A stretch of DNA of 53,068 bases from Actinomycetota bacterium (GTDB lineage: Bacteria; Actinomycetota; Acidimicrobiia; IMCC26256; VFJJ01), in contig VFJJ01000075.1 in the NCBI GenBank assembly GCA_009886115.1, forward strand, positions 1-53,068. Reading direction: 5' to 3'. The position numbers and the translations under genes are program-made. The notes under the pieces were generated by a model. It had not been told where the DNA came from. It made no database searches and was given only the letters and a program-made list of their open reading frames with translations. Below, piece after piece: positions 9,837-19,912 of the stretch (positions are counted from its first letter, which is position 1; each line of letters opens with the position of its first letter).

Positions 9837-10475
9837 ATGGCCCAGGGTCTCGACGCGACGCAGCTCCGCCTCGCTGCCGCCGCTCGGCTGGTCGCCAACG
9901 AGGTCAGGGTCACCGCGGCCGACCCCGGGGTCATGGCCGAAGCGGCCGAGCTCCTCGAGCGCGCGGCCGCGCTGCTGGCCCCCCACGGGTTTCGCGGCCG
10001 GCTGGCCCAGTCGGCGCTCGACGGCACCTCGTTGGAGGTGCCCACGCTCGGTGGGGCGCCGACCGACGTCTTCCCGTACAGCCCGGTCATCGGACCGCTG
10101 AACCCCATCGCGCCACCCGCCGAGTTCGTCCCGGTCGGCGAGCCCGGATCGGCCACCATGACCGGCACCGTCACCTTCCCGCCGGTCTTCGTCGGCCCCC
10201 CGGGCTTGGCTCATGGAGGTTCGATCGCGCTGCTGCTCGACGAGCTTCTCGGGACGCTCAACGTCGTCAACGAGATGGGCGCCATGACGGGAACGCTCAC
10301 CGTGCGCTACCGCAGCCCCACGCCGGCTGGTGTGCTGTTGCACCTGTTCGCCGAAGGTCGGGGGATCGAAGGCCGCAAGATCTTCTCTCACGGTGAGATC
10401 CGCCACGGCGACGTCGTGACCGCAGAAGCCGACGGGGTGTTCATCCGCGTCGTCGGTGTTCGCGACTGGACCTGA
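9837..10475 (+). CDS. PaaI/hotdog-fold thioesterase
   Basis: SPVIGPLNPIAPP, GPPGLAHGGSIALLLDELLG, MTGTLTVRYRSPTP. Confidence 0.85.
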   Translation: MAQGLDATQLRLAAAARLVANEVRVTAADPGVMAEAAELLERAAALLAPHGFRGRLAQSALDGTSLEVPTLGGAPTDVFPYSPVIGPLNPIAPPAEFVPVGEPGSATMTGTVTFPPVFVGPPGLAHGGSIALLLDELLGTLNVVNEMGAMTGTLTVRYRSPTPAGVLLHLFAEGRGIEGRKIFSHGEIRHGDVVTAEADGVFIRVVGVRDWT

Positions 10476-10522
10476 ACCCGTGCCTCGCCCGGCGAGCGCT
10501 GGCGATCCCCTGGAGGTGTGCT

Positions 10523-12187
10523 GTGCCGTCGATCCGTGATCTGGTGATCGCCCGTGCCGACGACGACGGGCCCGGGATGCTGTTCGAGGACGAGGCGTGG
10601 ACCTACCGCGAGTTCGTCGCGGGCGCGTCGGCCCGAGGCCGGCTCCTGGTGAGCCTGAAGGACGCTGCCGAGCTCGTGCACGGTCCGGCCCCCTTCCACG
10701 TCGGCGTGCTGCTCGACAACGGGCCCGAGTTCTCGATGCTGCTCGCCGCGGCGGCGCTTGTCGGCGCGACCGTCGTGGGCATCAACCCCACGCGCCGGGG
10801 CGCCGAGCTCGAGCGCGACATCCGCCACACCGAGTGCCTGGTCGTGGTGACCGAAACCGCGCACGTCGGGCTGCTCGACGGTATCGACGCCGGCGTCGCG
10901 CCGGAACGGCTGCTCGTGGTCGACTCGCCCGAGTGGGGTCGGGCCGTGCAGGCTCACGCCGGTCTCGGCGTTCCCGACGTGGAGATCGATCCGGCCGCTC
11001 CCTACATGCTGTTCTTCACGTCGGGGACGACCGGCCAGCCCAAGGCCGCCATCTGCTCCCAACAGCGGATGGCCGGGGCCGGCACCGTCCTCAGCACCAT
11101 GCAGGAGCTCACCTCGGCCGATCGGTGTTACGAGGTCATGCCCATGTTCCACTCGAACGCGGTGATGGCCGGATGGGCGCCGTGCCTGGCGGTCGGAGCG
11201 ACGCACGTGTTTCGCCGCCGGTTCTCGGCGTCGGCCTTCCTGAGCGACGTTCGTCGTCACGGATGCACCTACATGAACTACGTGGGCAAGCCCATGTCGT
11301 ACATCCTCGCCACGCCGCAGCGCCCCGACGACGCCGACAACCCGTTGGTGCGCGTCTTCGGGAACGAAGGCGCCGAGCACGACCTGGCTCGGTTCGCGGA
11401 ACGCTTCGGGTGCCGGGTCACCGACAGCTATGGCTCGTCGGAGGGCGGGGCGTCGGTCGCCCGTCCCCCCGACACGCCACCCGGCGCACTCGGCATCGGG
11501 AGCGACGGCACCGTGATCCTCGATCCCGAGTCGATGCTCGAGAAGCCGCGCGCCCGCTTCGACGCCAACGGGCGCCTGCTCAACGCTGACGAGTGTGTGG
11601 GCGAGATCGCCAACACCAAGGTGGCAGCGGCGTTCGAGGGCTACTGGAACAACCCCGAGGCCGACCTCGAACGCACCCGGCAGTCGATCTACTGGACCGG
11701 CGATCTGGGCTACCGCGACGACGACGGGTGGTTCTACTTCGCGGGCCGGAACTTCGACTGGATGCGCGTCGACGGCGAGAACTTCGCGGCCGCGCCCATC
11801 GAGCGGATCCTGGTGCGCCACCCCGACGTGCTCCTCGCAGCCGTGTATGCCGTTCCCAACGCCGTCGTGGGCGACGACGTGATGGCCGCCGTGCTGCTCG
11901 AGACCGGACGATCGTTCGACGGTGCGGGCTTCGCCGAGTTCCTGTCGGCCCAAGGCGACCTGGGAACCAAGTGCGCGCCGCGCTACGTGCGCGTCGTCGA
12001 CGACTTCCCCAAGACCGAGACCAACAAGATCCTCAAACGGGTGTTGCGCCAGCAACGATGGGAGACCGACGAGCCCCTCTGGGTACGCGACGCCGCGACG
12101 TACCGGCCGATGACCGACGCCGATCGAGCGACGATCCTCGGGGAGTTCGAGGCGCGGGGACGGGTCGCCGTCCTCGACGCCGGCTGA
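10523..12187 (+). CDS. Acyl-CoA synthetase, FadD1/FadD17-like
   Basis: FTSGTTGQPK AMP-binding motif, YGSSEGG, DWMRVDGENF, PDDADNPL. Confidence 0.9.
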   Translation: MPSIRDLVIARADDDGPGMLFEDEAWTYREFVAGASARGRLLVSLKDAAELVHGPAPFHVGVLLDNGPEFSMLLAAAALVGATVVGINPTRRGAELERDIRHTECLVVVTETAHVGLLDGIDAGVAPERLLVVDSPEWGRAVQAHAGLGVPDVEIDPAAPYMLFFTSGTTGQPKAAICSQQRMAGAGTVLSTMQELTSADRCYEVMPMFHSNAVMAGWAPCLAVGATHVFRRRFSASAFLSDVRRHGCTYMNYVGKPMSYILATPQRPDDADNPLVRVFGNEGAEHDLARFAERFGCRVTDSYGSSEGGASVARPPDTPPGALGIGSDGTVILDPESMLEKPRARFDANGRLLNADECVGEIANTKVAAAFEGYWNNPEADLERTRQSIYWTGDLGYRDDDGWFYFAGRNFDWMRVDGENFAAAPIERILVRHPDVLLAAVYAVPNAVVGDDVMAAVLLETGRSFDGAGFAEFLSAQGDLGTKCAPRYVRVVDDFPKTETNKILKRVLRQQRWETDEPLWVRDAATYRPMTDADRATILGEFEARGRVAVLDAG

Positions 12188-12263
12188 CCGGCTCGGCTGA
12201 TCGGCCGGCCCCCCGACGCCGATCCCCGGGCGCGAGCCCGTCGCCCGCACTACCTTGCACCGC

Positions 12264-13361
12264 ATGGAGTATCGGGTGCTGGGCCAGACCGGGGTACAGG
12301 TGAGCGCGCTGTGCCCGGGCGCCATGAACTTCGGGTCGTTCGCCAACCGGGATCACGACGACTGCCTCCGCATCATGCACGCCGCCTTCGACGCTGGCGT
12401 CAACTTCGTCGACACGGCCGACGTCTACTCGCAGGGCGAGTCGGAGGAGATCGTCGCCGCCGCGGTGAAGGGCCGGCGAGACAAGATCGTCATCGCAACC
12501 AAGCAGTTCCACCCGATGGGCCCCGACGTCAACCAGCACGGGAGCTCGCGGCGTTGGATCAACGACGCGGTCGACGGTTCGCTGCGCCGGTTGGGTACCG
12601 ATCACATCGACCTGTACCAGGTGCACCGGCCCGACGACCTCACCTCGCTCGAGGAGACCCTGGCCGGTCTGTCCGACGTGGTCCGTGCCGGCAAGGTCCG
12701 CATGGTCGGATGCTGCACGTACCCCGCTCACCTCCAGGCTGAGGCTCGGTGGGTGTCGGAGCGCTGGGGATACGAGCGCCTCGTCTGCAACCAGCCGCCG
12801 TACTCGATCCTCGTGCGAGGGATCGAGCGCGACTCGCTGCCCACCAGCCAGCGCTACGGGATGGGCGTCATCTGCTGGAGCCCCCTGGCTTCGGGTTGGC
12901 TGACCGGGCGCTACCGCATGGGACAGGCGCTCCCCGACAGCCCCCGCTGGGACGCCGAGATCAACCGGCCCCGCAAGGAGGGACTCACGGCCAGCCCGGG
13001 GTCGTACCGCGTGTTGGGCGATCCGACGAACCCCGATACGCCGGTGAACGCCCGCAAGCTCGAGACCGCCGAGGCGCTGTGTCGAGTCGCCGATGACGCC
13101 GGGATCCCCATGACGCACATGGCCCTGGCGTTCGTGCTCGCCCATCCCGCGATCACCTCGGCGATCGTGGGTCCCCGGACCCTCGAACAGCTCCAGGGTC
13201 AGCTCGGTGCCGTCACGGTGCGCCTGTCGGACGACGTGCTCGACGCCATCGACGGCATCGTGGCACCCGGCACCGACGTGAACCCGGCCGAAGCCGGGTA
13301 CGCGCCGCCGGCGCTGACCGAGGCCTGGCGACGGCGTCGCGGCCGCGGCCGTCCCTACTGA
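12264..13361 (+). CDS. Aldo/keto reductase
   Basis: MEYRVLG, DTADVYSQGESE, SLRRLGTDHIDLYQVH, WSPLASG. Confidence 0.9.
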   Translation: MEYRVLGQTGVQVSALCPGAMNFGSFANRDHDDCLRIMHAAFDAGVNFVDTADVYSQGESEEIVAAAVKGRRDKIVIATKQFHPMGPDVNQHGSSRRWINDAVDGSLRRLGTDHIDLYQVHRPDDLTSLEETLAGLSDVVRAGKVRMVGCCTYPAHLQAEARWVSERWGYERLVCNQPPYSILVRGIERDSLPTSQRYGMGVICWSPLASGWLTGRYRMGQALPDSPRWDAEINRPRKEGLTASPGSYRVLGDPTNPDTPVNARKLETAEALCRVADDAGIPMTHMALAFVLAHPAITSAIVGPRTLEQLQGQLGAVTVRLSDDVLDAIDGIVAPGTDVNPAEAGYAPPALTEAWRRRRGRGRPY

Positions 13362-13375
13362 GAGCCAGGCGGGCC

Positions 13376-14161
13376 ATGGGGATCCTCGACCGGTGGCGCC
13401 GATCTGACCGCATCGACGGCGAGCCCGTCGCGGCACCCGGTCCCGGGCATCGCCATGAGAGCTTCGGCGGGTCGACGTCGTTTCACCTCTGGTGGGGCCC
13501 GCTCGGGCGCGCCCCGATCGTCGAGGTGCAGGCGACCCTGGAGGTGCTCGTCGACCCCGCTGTGCGCCCCACGTACTTCTGGGCCCTCCAGGCGACGTTC
13601 GCCGACCGTCAGCGCACCTACGGCGCGGCGCACCTGGGGTTGCAGTCGTACGCCCGTTTCGGCGACCGACGGGCCGCCAACTGGGGCGGGTATGCGGAGC
13701 CGCCTGCGTCACGGGTCCTGGCGGGAACGCCTCCCGTCCTGGCCGGGTTCGACGACGACCCGAACACTCGTGCCTACCCGTGGGCCCCGGGTGTCCCGTA
13801 CCGCCTGCGCATCTTCCGCGGCGGCGAGGGCTGGGCCGGGGAGGTGACCGACCTGGTGAGCGGGCAGGCCGTGGTACTGCGCGACCTTCTCGCGCCGGGC
13901 GATCGACTGCAGAGCCCTGTGGTCTGGTCGGAGGTGTTCGCCCCGTGCGAATCGCCGAGCGCTTCGGTGCGCTGGAGCAACCTCGGGGCCCGCACCGCCG
14001 ATGGTGACGACGTTCGGGCCGACCGCGTACGGCTCACGTTCCCCAACGGGCGCTCGTGCCCGAACACCGACGTGAGCGTCGACGGCGTCGGTGTCGTGCA
14101 GTCGACCGGCGTGGTCAGGACCGCCCGTGACGGCGACGTCATCGCCGTGCCGCTCTCGTGA
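13376..14161 (+). CDS. Hypothetical aromatic-rich beta-strand protein
   Basis: Clean ORF 14 nt downstream of the AKR gene; YFWALQATF, HLGLQ, NWGGY, VVWSEVFAPC motifs. Confidence 0.7.
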   Translation: MGILDRWRRSDRIDGEPVAAPGPGHRHESFGGSTSFHLWWGPLGRAPIVEVQATLEVLVDPAVRPTYFWALQATFADRQRTYGAAHLGLQSYARFGDRRAANWGGYAEPPASRVLAGTPPVLAGFDDDPNTRAYPWAPGVPYRLRIFRGGEGWAGEVTDLVSGQAVVLRDLLAPGDRLQSPVVWSEVFAPCESPSASVRWSNLGARTADGDDVRADRVRLTFPNGRSCPNTDVSVDGVGVVQSTGVVRTARDGDVIAVPLS

Positions 14162-14226
14162 CGCCGGTGGTCAGGGGTGCTCCCGCTCTCGGCGCGCCGG
14201 CCGGCGACCGGTCCGGGCGTGTCGGT

Positions 14227-15105
14227 TCAGTCGCGGCTCTGGGCGACCCGCATCACCGCGGCCGCGACCTCGATCGGATGGGTCTCGGGCAGGACGTGGC
14301 CCCCGCCGGCGATCAGGGTGAGACGCGATTGCGGGAGTCGTTCGTGCAGCTCGACGGAGTGGTGCTTCGTACTCAAGGTCCGGTCGTCGGTGCCGGCGAC
14401 GATCTCCACGGGCACGTCGATGCTGGGGTAGCTCGCGACCCGCTCGAGCATGGCGTCGCTGACGATCTTGAAGTCGTCGAAGTTCGCGGCGAGCTGGCGG
14501 GGTGCGGCCGCTCTCCGGCTCGAGCGTCGGAGGTGGAGTGACGCCACCCGCTGGCCCGTCGCCCGAGCCGCGAGTCGCGGGGCGGCCAGCATCACGAGCG
14601 GCGAGACCAACGCTGCTGCACCCGGGACCTTGAACAGCCACGGCACGTGGGTTGCCGAAGGCATCACGTACCCGGCCACGCTCACGACGCCGGCGAGTCC
14701 TCGGGGTGAGTCGAGCGCCCAGCACAGCGCGACGGCTGCGCCCCACGAGTGGCCGAGGACGATCGGTCGGTCGGCCCCGGCCGCGGCGCAGGCCCGGCTC
14801 AGGAGGCGGGCCTGAACGTCGGGCGGGCACGGTCGGGGACGCTCGCTCCAACCGTGGCCGGGACGATCGACGGCCAGGACCCGCATCCCGTTGGCGCACA
14901 AGGTGTCGATGAACCGAGGCGACCAACCGATCGAGGAGCCGTACATCCCGTGGACAAGCACCACCACCGGCAACGGTGCGTCACCGTCGGGAGCGACGGG
15001 GCCGTCGGCCGACCGGGCCGGGTGCTCGACCAGGTGCATGCGCAGGCCGTCGACCATCACCATGGTGCCCGGAGCCCGCATGGCTCCGAGACTACCGAGC
15101 CCCAT
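14227..15105 (-). CDS. Alpha/beta-fold hydrolase
   Basis: VHG oxyanion motif, DRPGHGWS, GHSWG nucleophile elbow, GGGH; start uncertain. Confidence 0.85.
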   Translation of the reverse strand: MGLGSLGAMRAPGTMVMVDGLRMHLVEHPARSADGPVAPDGDAPLPVVVLVHGMYGSSIGWSPRFIDTLCANGMRVLAVDRPGHGWSERPRPCPPDVQARLLSRACAAAGADRPIVLGHSWGAAVALCWALDSPRGLAGVVSVAGYVMPSATHVPWLFKVPGAAALVSPLVMLAAPRLAARATGQRVASLHLRRSSRRAAAPRQLAANFDDFKIVSDAMLERVASYPSIDVPVEIVAGTDDRTLSTKHHSVELHERLPQSRLTLIAGGGHVLPETHPIEVAAAVMRVAQSRD

Positions 15106-15147
15106 CCCCGTTTCGGGTCCGATCCCGTGGTGGACCCCGTGCTGGGC

Positions 15148-16788
15148 TCACGGGCCCCAGCGCAGGCGTAGCTCGGTCTTTTTGATCTTGTTCATGGGAG
15201 TGCGGGGGAACGAGTCGACGAAGTACCACTCTTCGGGCACCTTGTATCGGGCCAGGTTGGCTGCGCATCGCTCGCGCAGCGACTCCACCGTGAGCTCGGA
15301 GGCCGTGTCGGGGAAGGCCTGCACGAAGGCCACGACCCGCTCGCCGAGGCGCTCGTCGGCCCGTCCGACCACGGCGCAGGCCGCGACACGCGGGTCGTCG
15401 TGGAGGACCCGCTCAACCTCGGCCGGGTAGACGTTGGAGCCCCCCCGGATGATCATGTCGCCCTTGCGGTCCTTCACGAACACGTTCCCGTCGTGGTCGA
15501 CGAGGGCCACGTCCCCGGTGTGCAGCACGCCACCCCGGAGCGCGTCGGCGGTGGCCTCGGGCCGGTTCCAGTACCCGAGGAACGTGGTGTAGACGTGGGC
15601 CCACGGCCCGCTGCGGGTGGGGCCCACGCACAACTCGCCGGTCTGGCCCGTGGGGACGAGTCGGTCGGCATCGTCGACGATCGTGATCACCACGTGCTCT
15701 TGTGCGGTGCCGCACGATCCGGCCACCGGTGCGGCGTTGGGGTCGGTGTAGGTGACGGCCGTCGGAGCTTCCGTGAGGCCGTAGCCGATCATAACCTCGG
15801 CCCCGAAACGCTTGCGGTACAAGGTGCGAAAGGCCTCGGGCAGGTCGGCTCCGCCCACCCCCGGTCGGATCAGCGTTCGCAGGTGGTCGTCGGTGACAGC
15901 GGGGTTGGTGAGGAGGTCGTGGAGCGTCGCCGGCACGGCCGAGAGCACGGCGACACGCTCGTCGCGTATCCATTCGGCGACTCCGAGCGCGTCGGCGCGG
16001 TCCATGCACACGAGCCTCTTCTCGCACTGCCACGCCAGCACGGGGCCCAGGCACAGCAGATTGAGGATGGTGAACGGCAGGTACACGCCGAGCACGTCGC
16101 CCTCGGAGTAGCGCCCACCCGACTGCGCCATCCGCCCGGGCATCAGCATGTTGTGCTGGCTGTGCACGGCGCCCTTCGGGAAACCCGTGGTGCCACTGGT
16201 GTACGCGATGGCGGCCGGCGCCCAGGGATCGATCTCATGGATGCTCGCGCTCGGTCCATCGAGCGTGGCATCGGCCAACAAACGAGACCAGGCCGAGATG
16301 GGATCACCCGCCGTGGTGTCGATCAGGTGCACGAGCTCGGGGAGCTCGCCGAGGTGCGGCGTGAGCTCGGCAATGGTCTCGGGCTCGGCCAGGAGCACCG
16401 AGGCCTCTGCGTCGCGCAGCATGTAGGCCTTCTCGGGTGGCGCCAGCGGACGGTTCACGCCGACCCAGATCGCTCCCAGGCGCATGGTCGCGAGGTAGGC
16501 CACCACGATCTCGGTGTGATTGGCGAGGCAGGCCGCAACGCGGTCGAATGGCCTGATCCCCAGTGATGCCAACGCATGTACGGCGCGGTGCACCTCGGCG
16601 TCGAGCTCGGCGAACGTGTACCGGCGGTGCCGACCGACGAGGGCTTCGGCGTGGGGAGTCTCGGCGAGAGGCCGTTCGAGGAGGCGGGCGACGGTCTGGG
16701 GGCCGCCGGGGATCTCGATGCGACGTGACGAGGCAATCAGTCCGTGGCTTCCGTAGGCGAACACGGGCTGGGCCGTGCGAGAGCTCAT
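15148..16788 (-). CDS. AMP-binding acyl-CoA synthetase
   Basis: YTSGTTGFPKG, GYGLTE, TGD, NVYPAEVE, YKVP; start taken at MSSRTAQ. Confidence 0.9.
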   Translation of the reverse strand: MSSRTAQPVFAYGSHGLIASSRRIEIPGGPQTVARLLERPLAETPHAEALVGRHRRYTFAELDAEVHRAVHALASLGIRPFDRVAACLANHTEIVVAYLATMRLGAIWVGVNRPLAPPEKAYMLRDAEASVLLAEPETIAELTPHLGELPELVHLIDTTAGDPISAWSRLLADATLDGPSASIHEIDPWAPAAIAYTSGTTGFPKGAVHSQHNMLMPGRMAQSGGRYSEGDVLGVYLPFTILNLLCLGPVLAWQCEKRLVCMDRADALGVAEWIRDERVAVLSAVPATLHDLLTNPAVTDDHLRTLIRPGVGGADLPEAFRTLYRKRFGAEVMIGYGLTEAPTAVTYTDPNAAPVAGSCGTAQEHVVITIVDDADRLVPTGQTGELCVGPTRSGPWAHVYTTFLGYWNRPEATADALRGGVLHTGDVALVDHDGNVFVKDRKGDMIIRGGSNVYPAEVERVLHDDPRVAACAVVGRADERLGERVVAFVQAFPDTASELTVESLRERCAANLARYKVPEEWYFVDSFPRTPMNKIKKTELRLRWGP

Positions 16789-16822
16789 GGCGCGATTCCA
16801 CCAGGTCCGACACACTGGTGCA

Positions 16823-18073
16823 ATGGACTCGCCGATCACCCGGCGCCGAATGCTCCGCCTGGGCGTGGGCGTGCCGGCGTTCCCGATGATGTCGAGCATT
16901 CTCTCGGCGTGCGGCGACGATGACGATGAGCTGCGCGCCGGCGACACGACAACGGCATCGACTGCGGCGCCTTCGCCGACGGTGGCGACCGTGGCGACCG
17001 TACCGGCCCCGACCTCAGCGCCGACGAGCACGGCGGCGCCCGCCCCCACCACCACCACGGAGGCCGCGGTGACCCATGCTCGGCTGGTCGTACCCGAGTA
17101 CCCGTTCTGGCCGAACGAGCTCTACGACGCCGATCCAGCCCTCCTCGACGAACTGGCATCGGCCTATGCCGCCGGACGGGGCGCCTCGGCGCTCGATGCC
17201 GAGCGGTTCCTCTACGCCGGTGCGCCCTTGCGCCTGTTCGACTCGATCTTCGACGGGGCCGTCGAGCCTGACGGGGTCTCGGGTGTGCTCTGGGTGTTCC
17301 ACCTGTCGGGTTATTTCGGGGGCGTGTGGCTGCGGCGCGAAATCGTCGCGGCCCAGCCCGACTCCCTTTTGGCGGGGGCGAACATCGAGCCAACCGAGAC
17401 GGCCTTTCGCGCGAATCTGGCCCGGGCGGCCCAGGCTGTCGAGGCCGCGGGCGCGGACGCCGGCACGTTGTTGGCGTTCACCGAGGCGTCGCTGTACGAC
17501 GTCGAGAATCCCGAGAATCCTGAGCGGCCAGTCCGTGGGCTCATCGACACGTTCGGCTACAACCAGGGCTACCTGCTCCAGATCGTGGAAGCACCTCCCG
17601 AGGGTCTCACGACCCCTCCCGGGTTTGTGTCATGCGAGGGGCCGCTGTTCTGCGAGTACGGCGACTCCGACGACCAGGCCCAGCTGGGCGCGCTCGACGA
17701 GTTCCGATCGGCGGCTGCGATGTTGAGCGGCACCGCCGCGGCCGGCACACCCGAGCGGTGGCAGGAGCTGGGAGCTGTGATCCCACCGCTTCAGGCTCTG
17801 GCGGTCGATCGGGGTCGACTCGTCTGGAGTAGCGGGCTGTCGGTGCAAGGGTTTCCCCAACGCAGCTACGAGCAGCTGCTCGACATCAGCTCGTCGTTCC
17901 TCCAGGCGATCCAGGCGATCGTGCTGGCGGCCGTGCAGTCTGTCGTCGAGAGCGATGCCGACCTGGCTGTCCGGGCCGCGTTGGCCAACGCCTGCACCGA
18001 CATCTGGCTCTCGTCGTACACGATGGGGTTGCTCGACGGGCGGGCCGACCGGGGCATCCCGACGTTCGCCTGA
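16823..18073 (+). CDS. Tat-exported lipoprotein of unknown function
   Basis: TRRRML twin-arginine motif, LSAC lipobox, Thr/Ala/Pro linker, then a helical domain. Confidence 0.75.
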   Translation: MDSPITRRRMLRLGVGVPAFPMMSSILSACGDDDDELRAGDTTTASTAAPSPTVATVATVPAPTSAPTSTAAPAPTTTTEAAVTHARLVVPEYPFWPNELYDADPALLDELASAYAAGRGASALDAERFLYAGAPLRLFDSIFDGAVEPDGVSGVLWVFHLSGYFGGVWLRREIVAAQPDSLLAGANIEPTETAFRANLARAAQAVEAAGADAGTLLAFTEASLYDVENPENPERPVRGLIDTFGYNQGYLLQIVEAPPEGLTTPPGFVSCEGPLFCEYGDSDDQAQLGALDEFRSAAAMLSGTAAAGTPERWQELGAVIPPLQALAVDRGRLVWSSGLSVQGFPQRSYEQLLDISSSFLQAIQAIVLAAVQSVVESDADLAVRAALANACTDIWLSSYTMGLLDGRADRGIPTFA

Positions 18074-18150
18074 GCCGATCGGGTCGTGAAGCGCGACCGT
18101 GACGGAGGGCGCGCGCGAAGGCACCCTCCGCGTCGGGCAGACTTTCGGGC

Positions 18151-19821
18151 ATGCCCGTCCGAATCACGTCTCCGGCGCGACCTCGCCGAGCACCCGTTCT
18201 GGCCGTGGCTTTCGGAGTGCTCGTGGGTGCGGCGGCACTGGTCCCAGCCCAGCTCGCCGGCGCCCGCCAGGTGCCCCCGCCTGCGGTGCCGCCCCCGATG
18301 ACCATCACGGCGTGGCCGGGCGACTTCCCCGATCCCGAGGTCGTGTGGACGGGCACCGAGTGGTTCGCGTTCTCGACCAATCACAACGGGGTCAACGTGC
18401 CGACCCTGCGTTCGGCCGATCTGCTCACGTGGGAGCCCCAAGCCGACGCCATGCCCGTGCTACCGGCCTGGGCCGACCCTGGGCAGACCTGGGCTCCCGC
18501 CGTCGAGAAGATCCGCACGTCCTACGTGATGTACTTCGCTGCTCGCGACCGGGCGAGCAAGCTCCAGTGCATCGGGCGGGCTTCGAGCCCGACGCCCCAG
18601 GGACCGTACGTCGACGCCTCGACCGGCCCGATGATCTGCCAGCGAGACCGGAACGGGTCGATCGACCCCAGCCCCTATGTCGACCTCGACGGGGTGCCGT
18701 ACCTGCTGTGGAAGAGCGAAGGCATCGTGAGCAAGGAGCCGACCAGGGTCTGGGTGCAGCGCCTCGCGCCCGACGGTCTCTCGCTCATCGGCGATCCGGT
18801 CGAGCTGATCCAGACCGACCTGGGTTGGGAGGAGCCGATCGTCGAGAACCCGTCCATGGTGCGCGACGGCGACCGCTACTTCGTGTTCTACTCGGCGAAC
18901 CGATGGTTCTCCGACCGGTACTCGATCGGCTTCGCGGTCTGCGAGACGGTGCTCGGTCCCTGCGTGAAGCCGCTCGCCGATCCGTGGATGCAGACGAACG
19001 GCGCCATCGCCGGTCCGGGCGCGCCCGACTTCTTCACCGACGGGCGAGGGACGTGGATCTCCTACCACGCCTGGACGGCGCCCGATGTCGGGTACCCGCA
19101 GGGCGCCAGAAGCCTGCGGGTGAGCCCTGTGTGGTTCGACGGCGGGTGGCCGCTGACGCCGGGTTCGATCACCCGGCCCCGTTTGCTCCCTCCCGACGAC
19201 GTCGTCCTCACGATGGCCGCGATGCCCAACGACGACGGCTACCAGGTGCTCACGACCCAGGGTCACCTCAACGTCTACGGCGCCGCTCCAGCCCTCGGCT
19301 CGGCGTCGGAGGTTCCCGGAGCCCGGTGGATCGTCGACCTGGCCCTCAGCCCATCGGGACAGGGCTACTGGCAGATCGCCTCCGACGGTGGGATCTTCTC
19401 GTACGGCGACGCCGGGTTCCACGGCTCGACGGGGAATCTGCGGTTGAACAAGCCGATCGTGGGGATGGCGCCGACGGCGTCGGGTCGCGGGTACTGGTTG
19501 GTGGCGAGCGATGGTGGGATCTTCGCCTTTGGTGATGCGGTCTTCCACGGCTCGACGGGCAGCCAGCTGCTCATCCGGCCGATCACCGGGATGGCTCCAA
19601 CGCCCAACGGCGACGGGTACTGGCTCGTCGCCTCCGACGGCTCGGTCTTCACGTTCGGCAGCGCCCCGTTCTACGGATCGCTGGCCAAGGCCTCGCTGCG
19701 GCTTCCGGTCGTGGAGCTCGTTCCCACGTCGAAGGGCACCGGCTACTGGCTCGTCGCCGCCGATGGCGGGGTGTTCGCGTTCGGTCAGGCATCGTTCCTC
19801 GGTGCTCCTCGGCTGAGCTGA
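18151..19821 (+). CDS. Secreted GH43 glycoside hydrolase with C-terminal GYWLVASDGG repeats
   Basis: DFPDP, WAPAV, SIDPS, VENPSM GH43 motifs; 4-5 GYWLVASDG repeats. Confidence 0.85.
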   Translation: MPVRITSPARPRRAPVLAVAFGVLVGAAALVPAQLAGARQVPPPAVPPPMTITAWPGDFPDPEVVWTGTEWFAFSTNHNGVNVPTLRSADLLTWEPQADAMPVLPAWADPGQTWAPAVEKIRTSYVMYFAARDRASKLQCIGRASSPTPQGPYVDASTGPMICQRDRNGSIDPSPYVDLDGVPYLLWKSEGIVSKEPTRVWVQRLAPDGLSLIGDPVELIQTDLGWEEPIVENPSMVRDGDRYFVFYSANRWFSDRYSIGFAVCETVLGPCVKPLADPWMQTNGAIAGPGAPDFFTDGRGTWISYHAWTAPDVGYPQGARSLRVSPVWFDGGWPLTPGSITRPRLLPPDDVVLTMAAMPNDDGYQVLTTQGHLNVYGAAPALGSASEVPGARWIVDLALSPSGQGYWQIASDGGIFSYGDAGFHGSTGNLRLNKPIVGMAPTASGRGYWLVASDGGIFAFGDAVFHGSTGSQLLIRPITGMAPTPNGDGYWLVASDGSVFTFGSAPFYGSLAKASLRLPVVELVPTSKGTGYWLVAADGGVFAFGQASFLGAPRLS

Positions 19822-19912
19822 GCTGCTCGTCGTCGACCACCGGTCGCTCAGGGGTCCGGAGGCCCTGTGAACGGCCGGTGTTGCGGGGGCGGCGTTGCCG
19901 CGGGGCGCTCGC

